A stretch of 54,562 nt of DNA, counting the filler, from Sluysia triapertura (taxonomy: Eukaryota), in the NCBI GenBank assembly GCA_046118255.1. It is 4 parts of 4 records of this genome, joined end to end, with 100 filler letters (N's around TTAATTAATTAA, not from the genome) between each part and the next. Parts side by side here need not be neighbours in the genome. Positions count along the whole stretch, not along the records: positions 1 to 14,217 come from JBJNIA010003003.1; positions 14,318 to 29,655 come from JBJNIA010231011.1; 2 more parts are not named here. One strand, written 5' to 3'. Positions 12,589 through 25,850 of this stretch are shown piece by piece. The stretch's first letter is position 1, and the number at the start of each line of letters is the position of its first letter. The notes beneath the pieces are model-generated. The model worked only from the letters and a program-made list of their open reading frames with translations, ran no database searches and had not been told where the DNA came from. Both the position numbers and the translations under genes were made by a program.

Positions 12589-13721
12589 TTATAATTGTCC
12601 AGTTAAGTTTTTTAATAAAATCTGAACAAGCTCATTCTTTGATAAGCTGCTCAGTAACAATTTACTAAAATAGTGATATTGTTTGATTTCATATTGATCC
12701 CGATTTCTTTTGTAATAATCATTATACGAGTTAAATAATTGACTCTGGTTAAATTCGTGCTCGAAACATCTTAAATAGAATAATGCATTATTCTCCAATA
12801 CTGATTCATTACAAATATTATAGGAAAGGCATCGTTTTGATTCAACATTTCTAGTTCCAACCACATTAACTTTTAAATTACTAATTATAAATCGAATATT
12901 TTGCGTCTTGAGTAAATTGTCGTTACTTATATCGATACATCGTTGACATTTGGGAAGGACATCATTATCAACTCTAACAAAATATGTAACTTGAAAATGT
13001 GACATATAAATCAATTCTAAACCTAACATTCTCTAATGATAAATTCATATAACTGTCAACGATAGATTGTAGAAAGACAAGATCATCATATGATGGTTGT
13101 TCTTTGTTGATACAATTTATTCCTTGTTCGACTTTTTCGAGTTGCGACGTCGTTGGACAAACGATAAATGACAAATGGGTATTATACGCATAATAATTTA
13201 CTAGATTAAGAAATTGAATCGATTTGTATAATGTAACTAATAAATACGGATGACCAAAGTACATATCTTTATCATGAAAATAATTTGGATTTTGTAACAT
13301 AGTACTTATAAGATGAAAAGTATTCTGGACTGTTGTCGGTTCTTGCGTCGAAAATTCTGTCTTTAAAGATGGTTCTATTTGAATATGGTTAATCCGAAAA
13401 CTAAATTTGATAGGTTGTGGTTCATTATTTAACATAATTGAAGGTGTAAGCAACATAAATTGGCTTTTTCCAATATTTACTAAAGTAACTATTATTGTTG
13501 AATGTGGTAATTAGTTCATAATTAGTTATTATATTGGAACCACCGACAGTCGAATTAGGACATCCATTATTGATGGTGTTGATAAAATTATCATTGCTAT
13601 GATATGAAGATAAATGTGGTATGATTTTATTAAACATAGAGAAGGTCCGTGAAAATTTAGCATCTATCATTACTCTTAATTTTATATTTGAGTTATAATG
13701 TTTTTCTTTTGAAAGTTCCAC
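12589..13721 (-). pseudogene. Frameshifted ~370-codon unknown coding tract (cargo of copy A)
   Basis: Three overlapping minus ORFs in successive frames (13721-13425, 13456-12974, 13029-12589), starting ~100 bp after hairpin module A. No family recognised. Confidence 0.55.
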
Positions 13722-13826
13722 CGTTTTCGATTAATAAAATTTAATTGCATATAATAACAAAAACTCCTCTAATAAAAATTCAATTGAGAACAGTAATACA
13801 ATATTTTTAATTTTTAGAGCGTTGTT

Positions 13827-14002
13827 ATTGGTCATCCAATCGAGGCCTTTAAAAATTGATACATGTTAAATTAGGTCTCGATTGGATGAGATAGGTAAGA
13901 TTTTAATTACTAATTAATTTGAAGCCTAACTGATGACTGACCATCATTAGCGCTGACAGTCTAATGAGAAATGTAACATAGGCTGTCAACACTGGTAATG
14001 GT
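13827..14002 (-). other. Double-hairpin module, copy A
   Basis: 17-bp IR 13832-13848/13873-13889 (one G:T) and 24-bp IR 13940-13963/13979-14002. 13826-14217 is collinear with 35537-35921. Confidence 0.85.
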
Positions 14003-14217
14003 AGTAACCAGATTGATCGTCAATTATAAAATTTTATGAAATTTATTTTAATGTTTAACAGTAATAACAATAATAATAATAAAATTAATGACATTGTGGT
14101 TATTATTATTATTGTTATTGAAATAAAATGCATAAACCTTATCTTTAAAGACTTTACACGATCTGTTCTTTTAAATTCTTTAATTTCTCACATATATAAA
14201 GTAGAAAGAAGAGTAAA

Positions 14218-14317
14218 NNNNNNNNNNNNNNNNNNNNNNNNNNNNNNNNNNNNNNNNNNNNTTAATTAATTAANNNNNNNNNNNNNNNNNNNNNNNNNNN
14301 NNNNNNNNNNNNNNNNN
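14218..14317. other. Artificial assembly join (44 N + TTAATTAATTAA + 44 N)
   Basis: Exactly 100 bp with a six-frame-stop linker. The same structure recurs at 29656 and 41353. Confidence 0.95.
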
Positions 14318-14335
14318 ATTTATGGCAAGCTGTTT

Positions 14336-14386
14336 AATAATAATAATAATAATAATAATAATGATAATAATAATAATAATAATAAT
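14336..14386. repeat. (AAT)n microsatellite
   Basis: Direct reading. Confidence 0.9.
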
Positions 14387-15241
14387 TTATTATTATGGTT
14401 ATACTATATTTTCAATAAATCTATTTTTAAATTGTGTTTAATAAATTAAATTAATATTAATGAAATTATATTTTAGTATAGATATTTAATTGAAACCCAT
14501 TTTTAAAACAGCAGTTATTTTTCAACCAACAGTTAATTTCTTATTTTATTCCTGTAACACTTTTAAAATTAAAATTGATAAAATATATTTCAAGATTAAA
14601 AACTTGCAGGTCTTTATACTTGTCGCGTAATTGAAATATTTCACTAAAGCATACAATAATATTTTCTGCAAAATTATTTTTTATTTCGATCATGACACAA
14701 TGCTTATGCACACAAATAATTACAAAATCTATTGGTGGAGTTATTTTCAGTTCACATTTAAATCAATGTATAGAAGTAATTATTTAAAAATGAATGTATT
14801 TCACGTTTAAGTGGGTAAATGTAATAAAACATAATGGAATGTATCAAATTTTCTATTATTATCATTATTATTATCATTATTATTATTAATTATCTCATCA
14901 TCCTTTCGTTTAGAATTTGCTATTTTATTTTAAAAATTATACTTTAAAAAATTATATATAATCAAATCACAATATTGATGCAGTATATTATCAAAACTAA
15001 AATTAATATTTTAAAAATAATTTAACTACTTTGATTTAATAATCTATAAAAAAATAGATAATTTTGTTGCAAATGAAACAATGTGGAATAATGTTACAAA
15101 TGTATTATTGGTCAAAGAATGTTGCCAATAACACACTGAAGATGATCGTATTAGCTAGATAAAATTAGCATCGTATTATATATATAAATAGAACGTTACA
15201 AAAATCTAGCCGAAGAATACATTCTGTTATACCTCATAAAA

Positions 15242-15296
15242 TGGACTAGCCGGGAATCAAACGTAGGACTTTCTCGTTCTACCCAGTGAGTTATCA
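15242..15296 (-). pseudogene. Degenerate second copy of the tRNA-like element at 6305
   Basis: Reverse complement TGATAACTCACTGGGTAGAAC-GAGAAAGTCCTACGTTTGATTCCCGGCTAGTCCA-TTTT versus TGATAGCTCAGTGGTAGAGC...AGAAGTGCCGGGTTCGATCTCCGGTCAGTTCA-TTTT. The anticodon arm is deleted. Confidence 0.55.
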
Positions 15297-17414
15297 ATAA
15301 AATAAAAATAAAATACTATCATTATCATTATTAATAATTATTTATTATATAAATTAAAATAATATAAATGCAAATTTTTGGTCGATTTCTTTTTATTGTT
15401 AATGAATAAAATAAACAATGCTGATTATGGAACTAATAATCAAGGTAGCTGTTACTCGTAACTGTAGCTAGGTAACTATAACATGTCAAAATAAAGATTA
15501 ATAAAATTTTTTTGTACAAAATTAATCTATTTATATTTATCAGTAGCTACAATGTAGAAATATTTTGTTATTGTGTTTGAATATTTTTATAAACATGTTT
15601 GATTATTTAAAATGTTGATCAATAATTAATTAGTTTAGAAATTTTATATCTTTTTTCAATTAAATTTTTATAGATATTTTATTAAATTATTTAAAGATGT
15701 TTGAAATATTTTAAAAAATAATAAATAATTGGATCAAATTTAATTGTAAAATGCGAAGTTTAAATCAAATATGAGTAGAAAAATGTGTACTGGATTCATT
15801 TATAAATATTGTTTTAATATTCTTTATAAAAATATAAAAAAATTATAATTCGATAGGTGAAAAATATTTTTTATTCGTTTATAATTATTATTGATTTAAA
15901 AATTAATACAATTTATTAATGCAACATTGACCAATAATAATAAAATTGATAATAATAATAATAAAGAAAAATAAAAAATGTTAAGAAAAATAATGCTTCA
16001 TTCAACAACTGCTGAATTTTAATTTTAGATATAAAAATTGATGTTATATTAAAAAATAATTTTTTTAAATACAATTTTGGTAAATAATGTTCTGTCATAC
16101 AATTCAAACATTTAATCAGTTAATTCACTTTTACATATTCAAAAATACTTTATAAATAATTGTCTAGACCTTGTTATATTCATGAATATTCAAAATCGAA
16201 ATTGTTAGGGGATTTTATAAAAATCATCAAATAATAATAAAAATAATAATAATAAAATAATAAAATAAAATTTCAAAATAATAATAATAATAATAAATAT
16301 TATTATAATACAAAATATATAAATATATGTCAATTAAATTAATTTATAATAAAGTTATATTTACAAATCAATACAAAATAAAATGACTAAAACTGAATTT
16401 TCATTGGTTATTTTCGACAAATTAAAAACTGAATACATTTTTTGGAATTTTGTTTCAAGTTATACTATTACTAATATTATATGATTTTACGATTTTTATG
16501 ATGGGATATTTTAACAAGTTATTACAGTATTAAATAAAAATGTTAGTTTGTTGTTCTTCGATTTATATTTATATTTATATTATTTTTATATTTATATTAT
16601 TAATAGAAAAACATATAATAGTTTTATAATCTACATTTTATGCAACAAATACAATTTTGAAAAATGTTTTTATGTGGTACTTTTTACATCTACGTTTATT
16701 TGTGTGTGATTATTCTGACTTGCTTTATTTGTGTTATTTTCGGATTATCTACTAGATCTTTGATTTCGAAATTGTGGCAAGAAAACAAGTTAAAAGGTTT
16801 AACAAATTCTCAAAACAATCACAGACTTGGACTTTGTAAAAAAACTTTAGCAAATAAGTTTCATGTTTGATTAAGAAAAAATTATAATCTCTAATCAACA
16901 TTAAAAATAAAAACTGATTATAAGTATCTGATGGAGCTATACAATGACCAAAACGATTACATCTTATGCATAAAAATAATCTGGATCAGACCATAATAGA
17001 AAAACCCCAATAAAACATGATACATTAATCTTATTTTTAAATATTTCCATTTATTTATATTGACTGATTTCGTAAAATTAAAACCAGCGAGACTCCCAGA
17101 GTTACTAAATAAATAAATTCGACTTTTTCTTATTTTTTAAAAACTTATAAAATGTGATTTCCCATTTTTTTACATTTTCAAGACAAATTAAATTAACATA
17201 TTTTATTCTTTATTAATTTTTGCAATCTTAATTTAAAAACAAGAAAATGTCAGATAAAATATTTAAAAAATATCAAATAATTATATTTAATTAAAATTCT
17301 CTGTCTTTGGGTGGTTTCGGATGGTGCGAATAGTGCGAATATATTTAGATCTAAATGAATTTTTATAAAAATTATATAGTCAAAAATTTTGTTTATATTA
17401 ATATTATGTATTAT

Positions 17415-17416
<2 letters not shown>

Positions 17417-17475
<59 letters not shown>
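17417..17475. repeat. (TAT)n microsatellite
   Basis: Direct reading. Confidence 0.95.
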
Positions 17476-17476
<1 letters not shown>

Positions 17477-18544
17477 TTTATTTTTATTATTTTTACAATT
17501 TATTCAGACATGAAAAGCAGAAAAATTTTGTTTAGAATTATTTTTTGCCACAGATTAAATAATCTTTCTGTTTATTTATTTAGTCTTAGTATTGTACAAA
17601 AGATAATAATTTATATCTTTCTTTTTAATCCTTCTTTTAGAAAATTATTTTCAAAAAAAATAAAAATAAGCAAAAAAAATTCAAAAATAACTATGAATTA
17701 AATTTAATTTGTAATAATTATTATAATTTATAATTTATTATAAATTTAAATCAAATTTAAAATAAATATCGTAATTATTTATTTAATTTTTTAAATTAAT
17801 TCAAACTTTTTATCCACTAAGCTCACTTAATAATTGTTAATATTATTTACTTATTTTTATTTATTAATTAAATTAATATTATTATTTTTTTCAATTGTTA
17901 ACAAGCTTAATTTCGGAATAGTGTGATTATTTAAATAAAATAAAAAATGAGTACATTTAGCTTCTTAATTATTCAATTCAACCCCAAAATATAATTATCA
18001 TAAACAAATTTTTAAACAAACGTCAATTCAAACTAACACAATTATTAAAAATCATCAAATAACGCACAAAAACAGGGAACACGAATAACACAACGGAACT
18101 CAAGATTCAACAAATTTTCAAAACAAACATAATACTTACATTAACAATTAGACACAACTACAATCTAAAATTTAATATTGTTATTATAATGTAAAACAAT
18201 AATATGTTGTCTTACAATTCTTCTATTATTACATTCATTATAATTGCTTCTTTCCATTAATTTTTTATTTTTATCATTTATCGGCATAAATACATTATAT
18301 TCATTATGCTATACTATTTTCTCTACCTTCATCTATAATTATTTATTTAAAAGCAGAAATATCTTTAATCGAAAGTTTAACTGTAGTAAAATATTTTTCA
18401 TGTATTTTCTACGTATATAAAATAAGACTGTAAAACGTATTAATAGTAACACGATAATTCATTATTTGCTATTACAATCATATCTGAATAAAAATAAATT
18501 TTAATCGAATATTAAATGAATACTGATTCAATGTTGGTATAATA

Positions 18545-19100
18545 ATAATATATTAATTTATAATGCGCTCATATCTACTACAAAGTAAGTACTCAAAAGC
18601 GCTTAAAATAAATCACTTAAAGAAAGAACTTTGCTTTTTTCTTAAATATTTCATATTCATCCTGTAATATGATTATTATTATTATTATGTCTCAATGAAA
18701 TTTTCATCTTGGTTTCCAAATTTTTTATTATTTCTAAGTTATAATAAATAAATTATTGTCATAATTGTGAATTCTATTCTTGCTTTTATTGACAACCACT
18801 GTAATTCCTTAAGATAAGGTGTTACCTGGGATCTGCTTGATTAATTATTAATTGTAATTTTTTACTTTCTATAAGAAATTGAGCAAAATAAATCATTGTT
18901 AAAATCTATGTTGTTAGTTATCAATGAATGAACAATAAGTTTAGCTGTTTCTTTATTAATAAATTTTTGAATGTGTGATAATATTTTATTTAACAATATA
19001 ATTAATGTTTTCTTCCATGTTCATTTATGAATCCATATAATTTACATTTATTATTTAAAATGACTAAATCTGATCTAACGATTATGCATAGTGTGTTTAC
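18545..19100 (-). mobile_element. 5'-truncated L2-clade LINE remnant
   Basis: Minus strand reads KFINKETAKLIVHSLITNNIDFNNDL..KLQLIINQA..VTPYLKELQWLSIKARIEFTIMTIIY (L2 consensus AKxLVHALxxSRLDYCNSL..KLQxxQNxAAR..ITPxLxxLHWLPxxxRIxFK). It shares its 3' end with 43195-43520 and ends in a TTA/ATT tail. Confidence 0.8.
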
Positions 19101-19249
19101 AAATGAATCATTATACGATTTAAAATCCAATAAACTTGTTAATTTATTTGAAGTTGATGATCTGAGATTTTTTTAAAGATAATTTTTAAATTTAATCGTT
19201 AATTTTACTTTATAATATGACTTTGACCATATAATTTATTTATTTGAGC

Positions 19250-19250
19250 A

Positions 19251-19298
<48 letters not shown>
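19250..19298. repeat. (ATT)n microsatellite
   Basis: Direct reading. Confidence 0.95.
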
Positions 19299-21107
19299 CC
19301 TTTAAGTTTGTCATTTTCATACGTTTCATTTTTTCGAAATTATTTATATATTGATAAATTTTGGAAATATTTACAAAATATTCTTGGAGTTTACTTTAAA
19401 ATTTCAAACTTCATTTTATATTATTTAGCTTTATTACAAAAACAGAATTATTTTAATAATTATTTTAAATTTAGTGATTTAAAAAATAAAATAATTATTG
19501 TTCAAATTATCATTATTATTATTATCATTAGTATCATAATTATCATATTTATCATAATTACCACAATAAAACTAGCAAATAAAATAAATTGAAACATATA
19601 ATATTTATATCCAATCAAAAAAGTAAAAATCGTTACAAATCTAAATTATTCCTAATTATATTGTTACTACTTATTAGTAGAAAATAATTTCGGAAGCAAA
19701 GAAAAATAAAAATATGTTACATATGAAACTTGTAGCACAATTACGGATATCTTATCTCGTTATTATGTTGTTGCATAATTTTGTTTTGAACAATATTTTA
19801 TCAATATTTTTATGATTGGTCAATAAGATTTTGACTTATTAAAATAATTTTAACAATGAAACAAAAATAGAAACATTTGAGATAAAACTTTTGAAAATAT
19901 TTTTACTATTTTTCACATAATAAGTTTCCGGATTTTACGTAATTAAAAGAAAATAAAAGAATACTTATGTAAAAAAATGTTCTTAGTAATTTTAAAATAT
20001 AAAAGATTGAAAGAAAAATGTTTTATTTTGTAACTTTATTTCTTAGTTTAGAGTTTTCATACTTCTAAAAACCAATAACAAATAATGAAAAATATTATCA
20101 AATATTAACATTATTATATATTATTATTAATATTAATATCGATGATCTTGTAATAATAAAATTAAATTTTTAATTTAAAAGAAATTAATTTATTTATTAA
20201 ATATTTTGAAGATAAAAGGTTCAATTTGAATGTTTAAAAAAGCACATTTTAAAAAGGAAACACATTTCTGAACAGAAAATTATAATTTATAATTATAAAT
20301 TTTCATCGAGCTTTATATTCGATGTTTACAATGCAAATCATTTCAAAGAAAGCAAGCTTAAGGTAAAATACGGAAAAACATTACGACTGAGATTCCAAAT
20401 GGATAGACGGATGAATAACTTTATTAACTTATGAGAAAAATATAAAATTTAGTTTTGAAATTTATCGTTTTGATGAAAGTTTGGTTATGTTTCCTATATT
20501 ACTCGGCTTGATTTTTAATTGCTTTTTGTAAATTGTTTTAATGATCGTTCAAATTTCTCACGGAACAAAAGTGGTGTACATTTTAAAAGATGTTCATATT
20601 AGATGTTCATAAAAGATGTTCAAACTACAATAACATTAATTTTATTACTACTATTATTATTATTAATGTAATTATAATATAATTCATGCACGTGCTGCCT
20701 TATTTAAACTTTTGTTTGTGGTACTATAAAAAAGATTTATGCTTAAAACATATTTTCAGATCCATTTTATTAAAATACTAAGACAATAAAGAATTGTAAG
20801 ATTTAATAAATAATAATAATAATAATAGTTTAATAATTAAAAAACATAATTTAGAAAGTATTGCATTATGTGAATGATATAAAGTTAAAAAGTGGAGTCA
20901 ATTTTTAAATTACATTATAATGAAAATAATTTTCTCATTTTAATAGAACTTTATTTTACTACACATTGATATATTTGATTAATTTTATTTTATCTGCAAT
21001 AAAAGAAAACCAGATGGTAGACATTTGTAATTTATATTTTGATAATTTTATGCTTAATTAATACAATTTTATCTTTATTAAGTTTTATTTTGACATAAAA
21101 TTAAAAT

Positions 21108-21110
<3 letters not shown>

Positions 21111-21152
<42 letters not shown>

Positions 21153-21154
21153 AT
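21111..21154. repeat. (AAAT)n microsatellite
   Basis: Direct reading. Confidence 0.95.
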
Positions 21155-21216
21155 AGAAAATATGGACAACGTGGTTTTTAATTCTTATTGATTTGCAATT
21201 TAATATGAAGATAATG

Positions 21217-21359
21217 NNNNNNNNNNNNNNNNNNNNNNNNNNNNNNNNNNNNNNNNNNNNNNNNNNNNNNNNNNNNNNNNNNNNNNNNNNNNNNNNNNNN
21301 NNNNNNNNNNNNNNNNNNNNNNNNNNNNNNNNNNNNNNNNNNNNNNNNNNNNNNNNNNN
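21217..21359. other. Scaffold gap (N run, no linker)
   Basis: Run of Ns. Confidence 0.95.
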
Positions 21360-23483
21360 GATAAACATTCTGTATGTAAATAGTTTTTACACTTATTTTA
21401 GAAAATTTATCTTTAAAAAATCTTATAAAAATCTGTCAATCTTTTTTTCTTTATATAGAGCTACTTTTTCAAAAACTAAACAAATCTTTATTCGAAGAAA
21501 ATCAATAATGTAACTATGGATATTGTGACTATGGATTTTTTAAAATGAAATTTTGACCAATAGACTTGAAAAGAAGAAGGTGACACTGGAAATATTTCCA
21601 GACAGAAAAGATTTCATAAATTTATTTTGTGTTATTAAATTTTAATACATAACGGTAAAGAGAAAACAATTTCTAATTAGATGAAGAAAATCATTATTTT
21701 TCTTGAAATGAATTTCATTTTATAAATATTAATTGGATTTAATAAAGCATTATAATTATCATTATTATTATTATTATTACATTTATTATAAATATCATTA
21801 TTGTTGTAAAAATGCATAAAGTGGTGGTTTATGCAATATGTGTAATGTATGTAATGTGAAAGTTTGTTCTCTCCGTTGAGTTCTTTTAGTCGTATATACA
21901 CTAATTATTTAATATTAATTCACTTAATTTATCCGAAGTTTTACTCAATTTAAAATATTTATCTTTAATGTCATGAGTCCTACAAGTCTTAGTTGCTCGA
22001 GATGGAAGTGTTTATTTTTCTTATAATTTTGATGAAAAATATCAATTACTTATTTCTGGGTTATTTTGTGGAAAATAGTATAATAACTTAAATAAAATAA
22101 TAACTGTGAATATTAACATACCAATTTCATTCAGATTATAAGCAGCAAATTTCTTGCTACCCTTGCTGCAGAAACTATTAAGTTGTATGGATGATTAATT
22201 AAAATTAGATAATCACACATCTGTAGTTATAGTTACAGGCATGTCTACTGTAACCGAACTATCCTAAAATTTATTTTATCGTTTGTTAAAAATAAGAATA
22301 ACAAAAATGGTTATACTTATGATTGTTATTGCTATTAATTATATGTAATTAATTAATTGTATAATTATTATATCTACTGTTTGTTCAAGGATCAATATTA
22401 TCAGTATGTTTAATTTTTTATCGCTTTTTGTCACTAATTGTTTACATGGATTTTGTGTGTTTCATCATAACTATGTGAAATTATAAATTTATAATTTATA
22501 ATTGATAATAATAATGTAAAGAAATAATTTTAACATTTAATTAATAATTTTAATTTAAAATAAATATTTAATGAAATAAATTTTTAAATAAATTACTCAA
22601 AATCTAAAGACACATAACACTATCTACACGATTTTTTGTATACCTATTTGCATACCAGCTACGTATATTTAGATCTAGGATGAGTTGAAGGAAAATTATA
22701 CCGCTAAATAAATTTAACTATTACTGTACTAAAAGTCAAAACATGAATTGGGAAAAATGGTTAATCTTAGAAAATAATTTCAAATTAAAATGTTAAAATA
22801 GTGGTAAAGAATAAATCAAAAATACATTCAAAAGATAATAAAAAAAATAAGAAGGAAGAATAGAACTTAACATAGTTAATTAGTCAATAAAGGGGCTCCA
22901 GAATAAAAAACATTAATTAATAGTAGGACAGATGTTAAAGGGTATGTCAATTTACTATAGCATATATAACTATAATATAGAAAAATGACATAAATAAAGT
23001 GGATGAAAATATAGCCAGAACTATATTATCTGGAAAATTGACCACATAGAGGTAAAAATATATGTAATAATATTAAAATGTGTATAGCAAAATCGGCTCT
23101 GTGGTGAGATTAATTGTATAGAAAAAATGACCATGAAGCAATTATTATAGAATATAATGAAATAAAGTTTTGGCTATAATGTGTTATCCGTGAAAAAACA
23201 CTACAAAAGCCCACAAGCTAGAACAAGACATAATTCTAAATTTTGTTGACACTCTTGGCTGGATCTCGAGATTATTACAGGTTTATTGAAGAATCATTTG
23301 ATAATATTGATTGGACACGAAAATTGTAAAAAATTTATTGAAGATTAAATAAGTATGATGCCTGAATATTATATAAAATAAGTTTTTTTAAATTGATTAT
23401 TTATTTTAAGCATTATATGTGGTTTTAAGTCTTATTCCTTGCAAAACAAAATAGTCTAATAACTTTGTAACTATGAAATAGAT

Positions 23484-23910
23484 CAGGGTTGGCCAAACTC
23501 CTTGATAGTCCAAGCTATTTTTCAAAATTTGAAATTTTTAGCGAGCCGAAATTGATTACGTATTAAAAAAGTATGCAAAAAAATTCTAGATTACAAATTA
23601 TATCCATCCAAATTATATTCATCCAGAGCACAATATCAACTGTTCACTACAGTGAAAGTTTACAAATTCAAAATCGGTCTGGAGTCGATCGATTAGTGAC
23701 TTTTATGTCACGCCACTATTTGTATTCGTTCGTGCAGTTTTCCATGAGTTATATCATTCTTAACTTGGACGGAAATGAAATTTATTACAACGTTGCACTT
23801 AGTCTTTCATATTTGCTGAAGCATAATTACAATTTTTTAAAATATAATAAAATGAAAAGGAAACTCAGGTACATTTATCGAGAGTCACAAATAATACGAT
23901 TATTAAAATA
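23484..23910 (+). mobile_element. hAT-like non-autonomous element, one end only
   Basis: Begins CAGGGTTGGCCAAAC after AAATAGAT and contains GAGCCG/GAGTCACA subterminal-type motifs. No matching right TIR was found. Confidence 0.45.
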
Positions 23911-25299
23911 GAGACTGTTTACATTAAGTTTTAAAGTCATTTAATATTAGTCAAAGTATTATGAAGTTATTGATTATAGACAATTAGAAGTAAATATATT
24001 ACAAAGTCTATATTAGTCTTAAGTTTTCAAATAATTTTAAAGGGAGTAAGAGTCATTAAAAATAAATAATAAGTTTAGTTTAAAATAATTGGCGACAAGT
24101 TTTTCATTACACATTAATTTTAATGTAATAAACTTTCTCATTTTTAGTGTCTAGGGAGAAAGATAATTTAGTGCAAATGTTGCGACTTAAATCAAAATTA
24201 TTAACAAGAATTCAAAATTTATTTATTATTTTCAAATTAAAAACAAAAACTTAATACTATATTAACTACAAAAATCAAATATAAGAACAGGAATAAATTA
24301 ACTAAAAATGATTAAATCTTAAAATCAATATGTCTGTTTATTATTTATATGTTAATGATATGATAAAAAGGAAACCAGAGGTAACGCAACAATTAGCAAA
24401 ATTAAAATACAAATATCTATAAATATTAAAGTCGATAACAATTATATTGTTGTCTGGTCAAATATTTTTATTTTGACGTAATAACCAAAAACTATAAAAA
24501 TATAATTTGGGCAGAGAATCTGTCACAATTCTATTAAAATCAATATGCTGGGTGTTTTTCTTAACCAGAAAACCTAACCTACAGCAAAATAATTAATTAT
24601 TGTGAGTCCGTTTACAGTATACGACTTACCAATGGCGTACCTGTAAAAATTACGTGAAAGCAATTATCAAAATTAATCGTACAAAAAAGATGCTTATCCT
24701 TAACTTAACAATAATGGGTAAAAATCGTCATTTATGTCAATTAACAACAGATAACTTAAAAAACTAATTAACTAATTAAGACCAACGCTAGCTTAATAGA
24801 TATTTGAAATAAAATTAAGTGAATAATAATAATAGTATAAGAACGTGCTCTTTCTTTTATTTCTAAATTCTTTATTTGAAGATAATGACGTCGGATCTTC
24901 TTTGTTTATAATTCAATTGTGATTGCAAATGGCGTTATAATTTTTAATGATGGCGATTGCTTTATTTGTCACTGTCTTTATATACTCATAAAGATATTTT
25001 TTGAAATTGATACATTTAAATAAACTTCTTTCTAGAAATTTCTTTTTAGGTCTTTTAAAATTATAATAATAATAATTTTAATTTTAATAAAATTAAATTA
25101 ATAATTTTTTAAAATATGTAAATTTTAATAATTTTTATATTTTTTAAAATTCAAAAACGTAAAATACGAAATAGAAAAACTTTGTACACCTTTACAATAT
25201 TATTGCATAAAGACTCTTAAGTATTTCATAAGTATCAAATTGACTAGTAGCTTTGTAAAGTAATTACAAACTTATCAAGTTGCAGAAACTCCAACTATA

Positions 25300-25850
25300 A
25301 GTCATTTACTCTAACGGGATTCTGGCAAAAATATTTTGCCGTAGACTAAGTGTTAGAAAAATCACAGCATACCCTATACGGAAGAATTAATGAAAAGAAA
25401 TAATACAAAAAATAAAAATGACATTAACTTTGAAAATCAAAGATACAAAGAACAATTAAGAGGTTGTGTATTTCATGAAAGAATATCCCTAAAATCAACC
25501 ATAAAACGTATAAATTTCAAAATAGATCTAATGCATAATGCAGTATTAGAAAATGAAGATAGAATAATAATCGGAAGAACCATAATAGATAGAACAACAA
25601 ATAATAAAAATAATGGATCATTTGGTTTACAAATCTATGAGAGAACCATAATCACTTATCAAGAAAATGCAGATTCATTAATAACGGGAGGATGGAAAGA
25701 AGTAACAATGGAATGAAGAATGACTTTCCAGAAGTAAGTACATAACAATGAGAATTAAATCAACAATTAGTGGAAATTTCCAGAGGTACAATAATTGTGA
25801 TTGATTGAGTCATAAAGAAAGTGAAGTAGGTTTTCTCTAGTTGACAAATT
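25300..25850 (+). mobile_element. Possible decayed RTE-clade LINE 3' region
   Basis: HNAVLENEDRIIIGRTI..GGWKEVTME*R loosely resembles RTE GHVxRMxDxRIPK..WExxAxDRxxWR. Weak. Confidence 0.3.

Noticed and set aside
13890-13945. C/D snoRNA boxes (TGATGA, CTGA) or spliced-leader RNA (GGTAAG + AATTTTGA)
   Set aside because: The boxes are adjacent with no guide region, and the Sm-like site is not conserved in copy B.
13930-13990. Hammerhead ribozyme (CTGATGA ... GAAA-TGTAAC-ATA), also at 35639-35697
   Set aside because: Stem I cannot form next to CTGATGA in either copy, and the alternative core CTAATGA lacks the essential G5 and is out of register. Not called, though an in vitro cleavage test would be cheap.
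14262-14273. TTAATTAATTAA as a biological motif
   Set aside because: Always centred in exactly 44+44 Ns, so it is an assembly linker.
15916-21901. Short I/N/Y/F-rich ORFs in the track (15916, 17510, 19308, 21078, 21193, 21677; likewise 44994, 46631, 54225)
   Set aside because: Products of AT-rich microsatellites or N gaps with no domain or splice support.
22120-22263. Minus-strand exon(s), possibly FN3-like
   Set aside because: Splice sites are plausible but an open frame needs an assumed mini-intron, and the product is not identifiable.
22980-23190. L1/Tx1 C-terminal zinc-finger remnant (YIIWKIDH, RLCGE..KFW)
   Set aside because: Too few conserved Cys/His residues remain to support the call.
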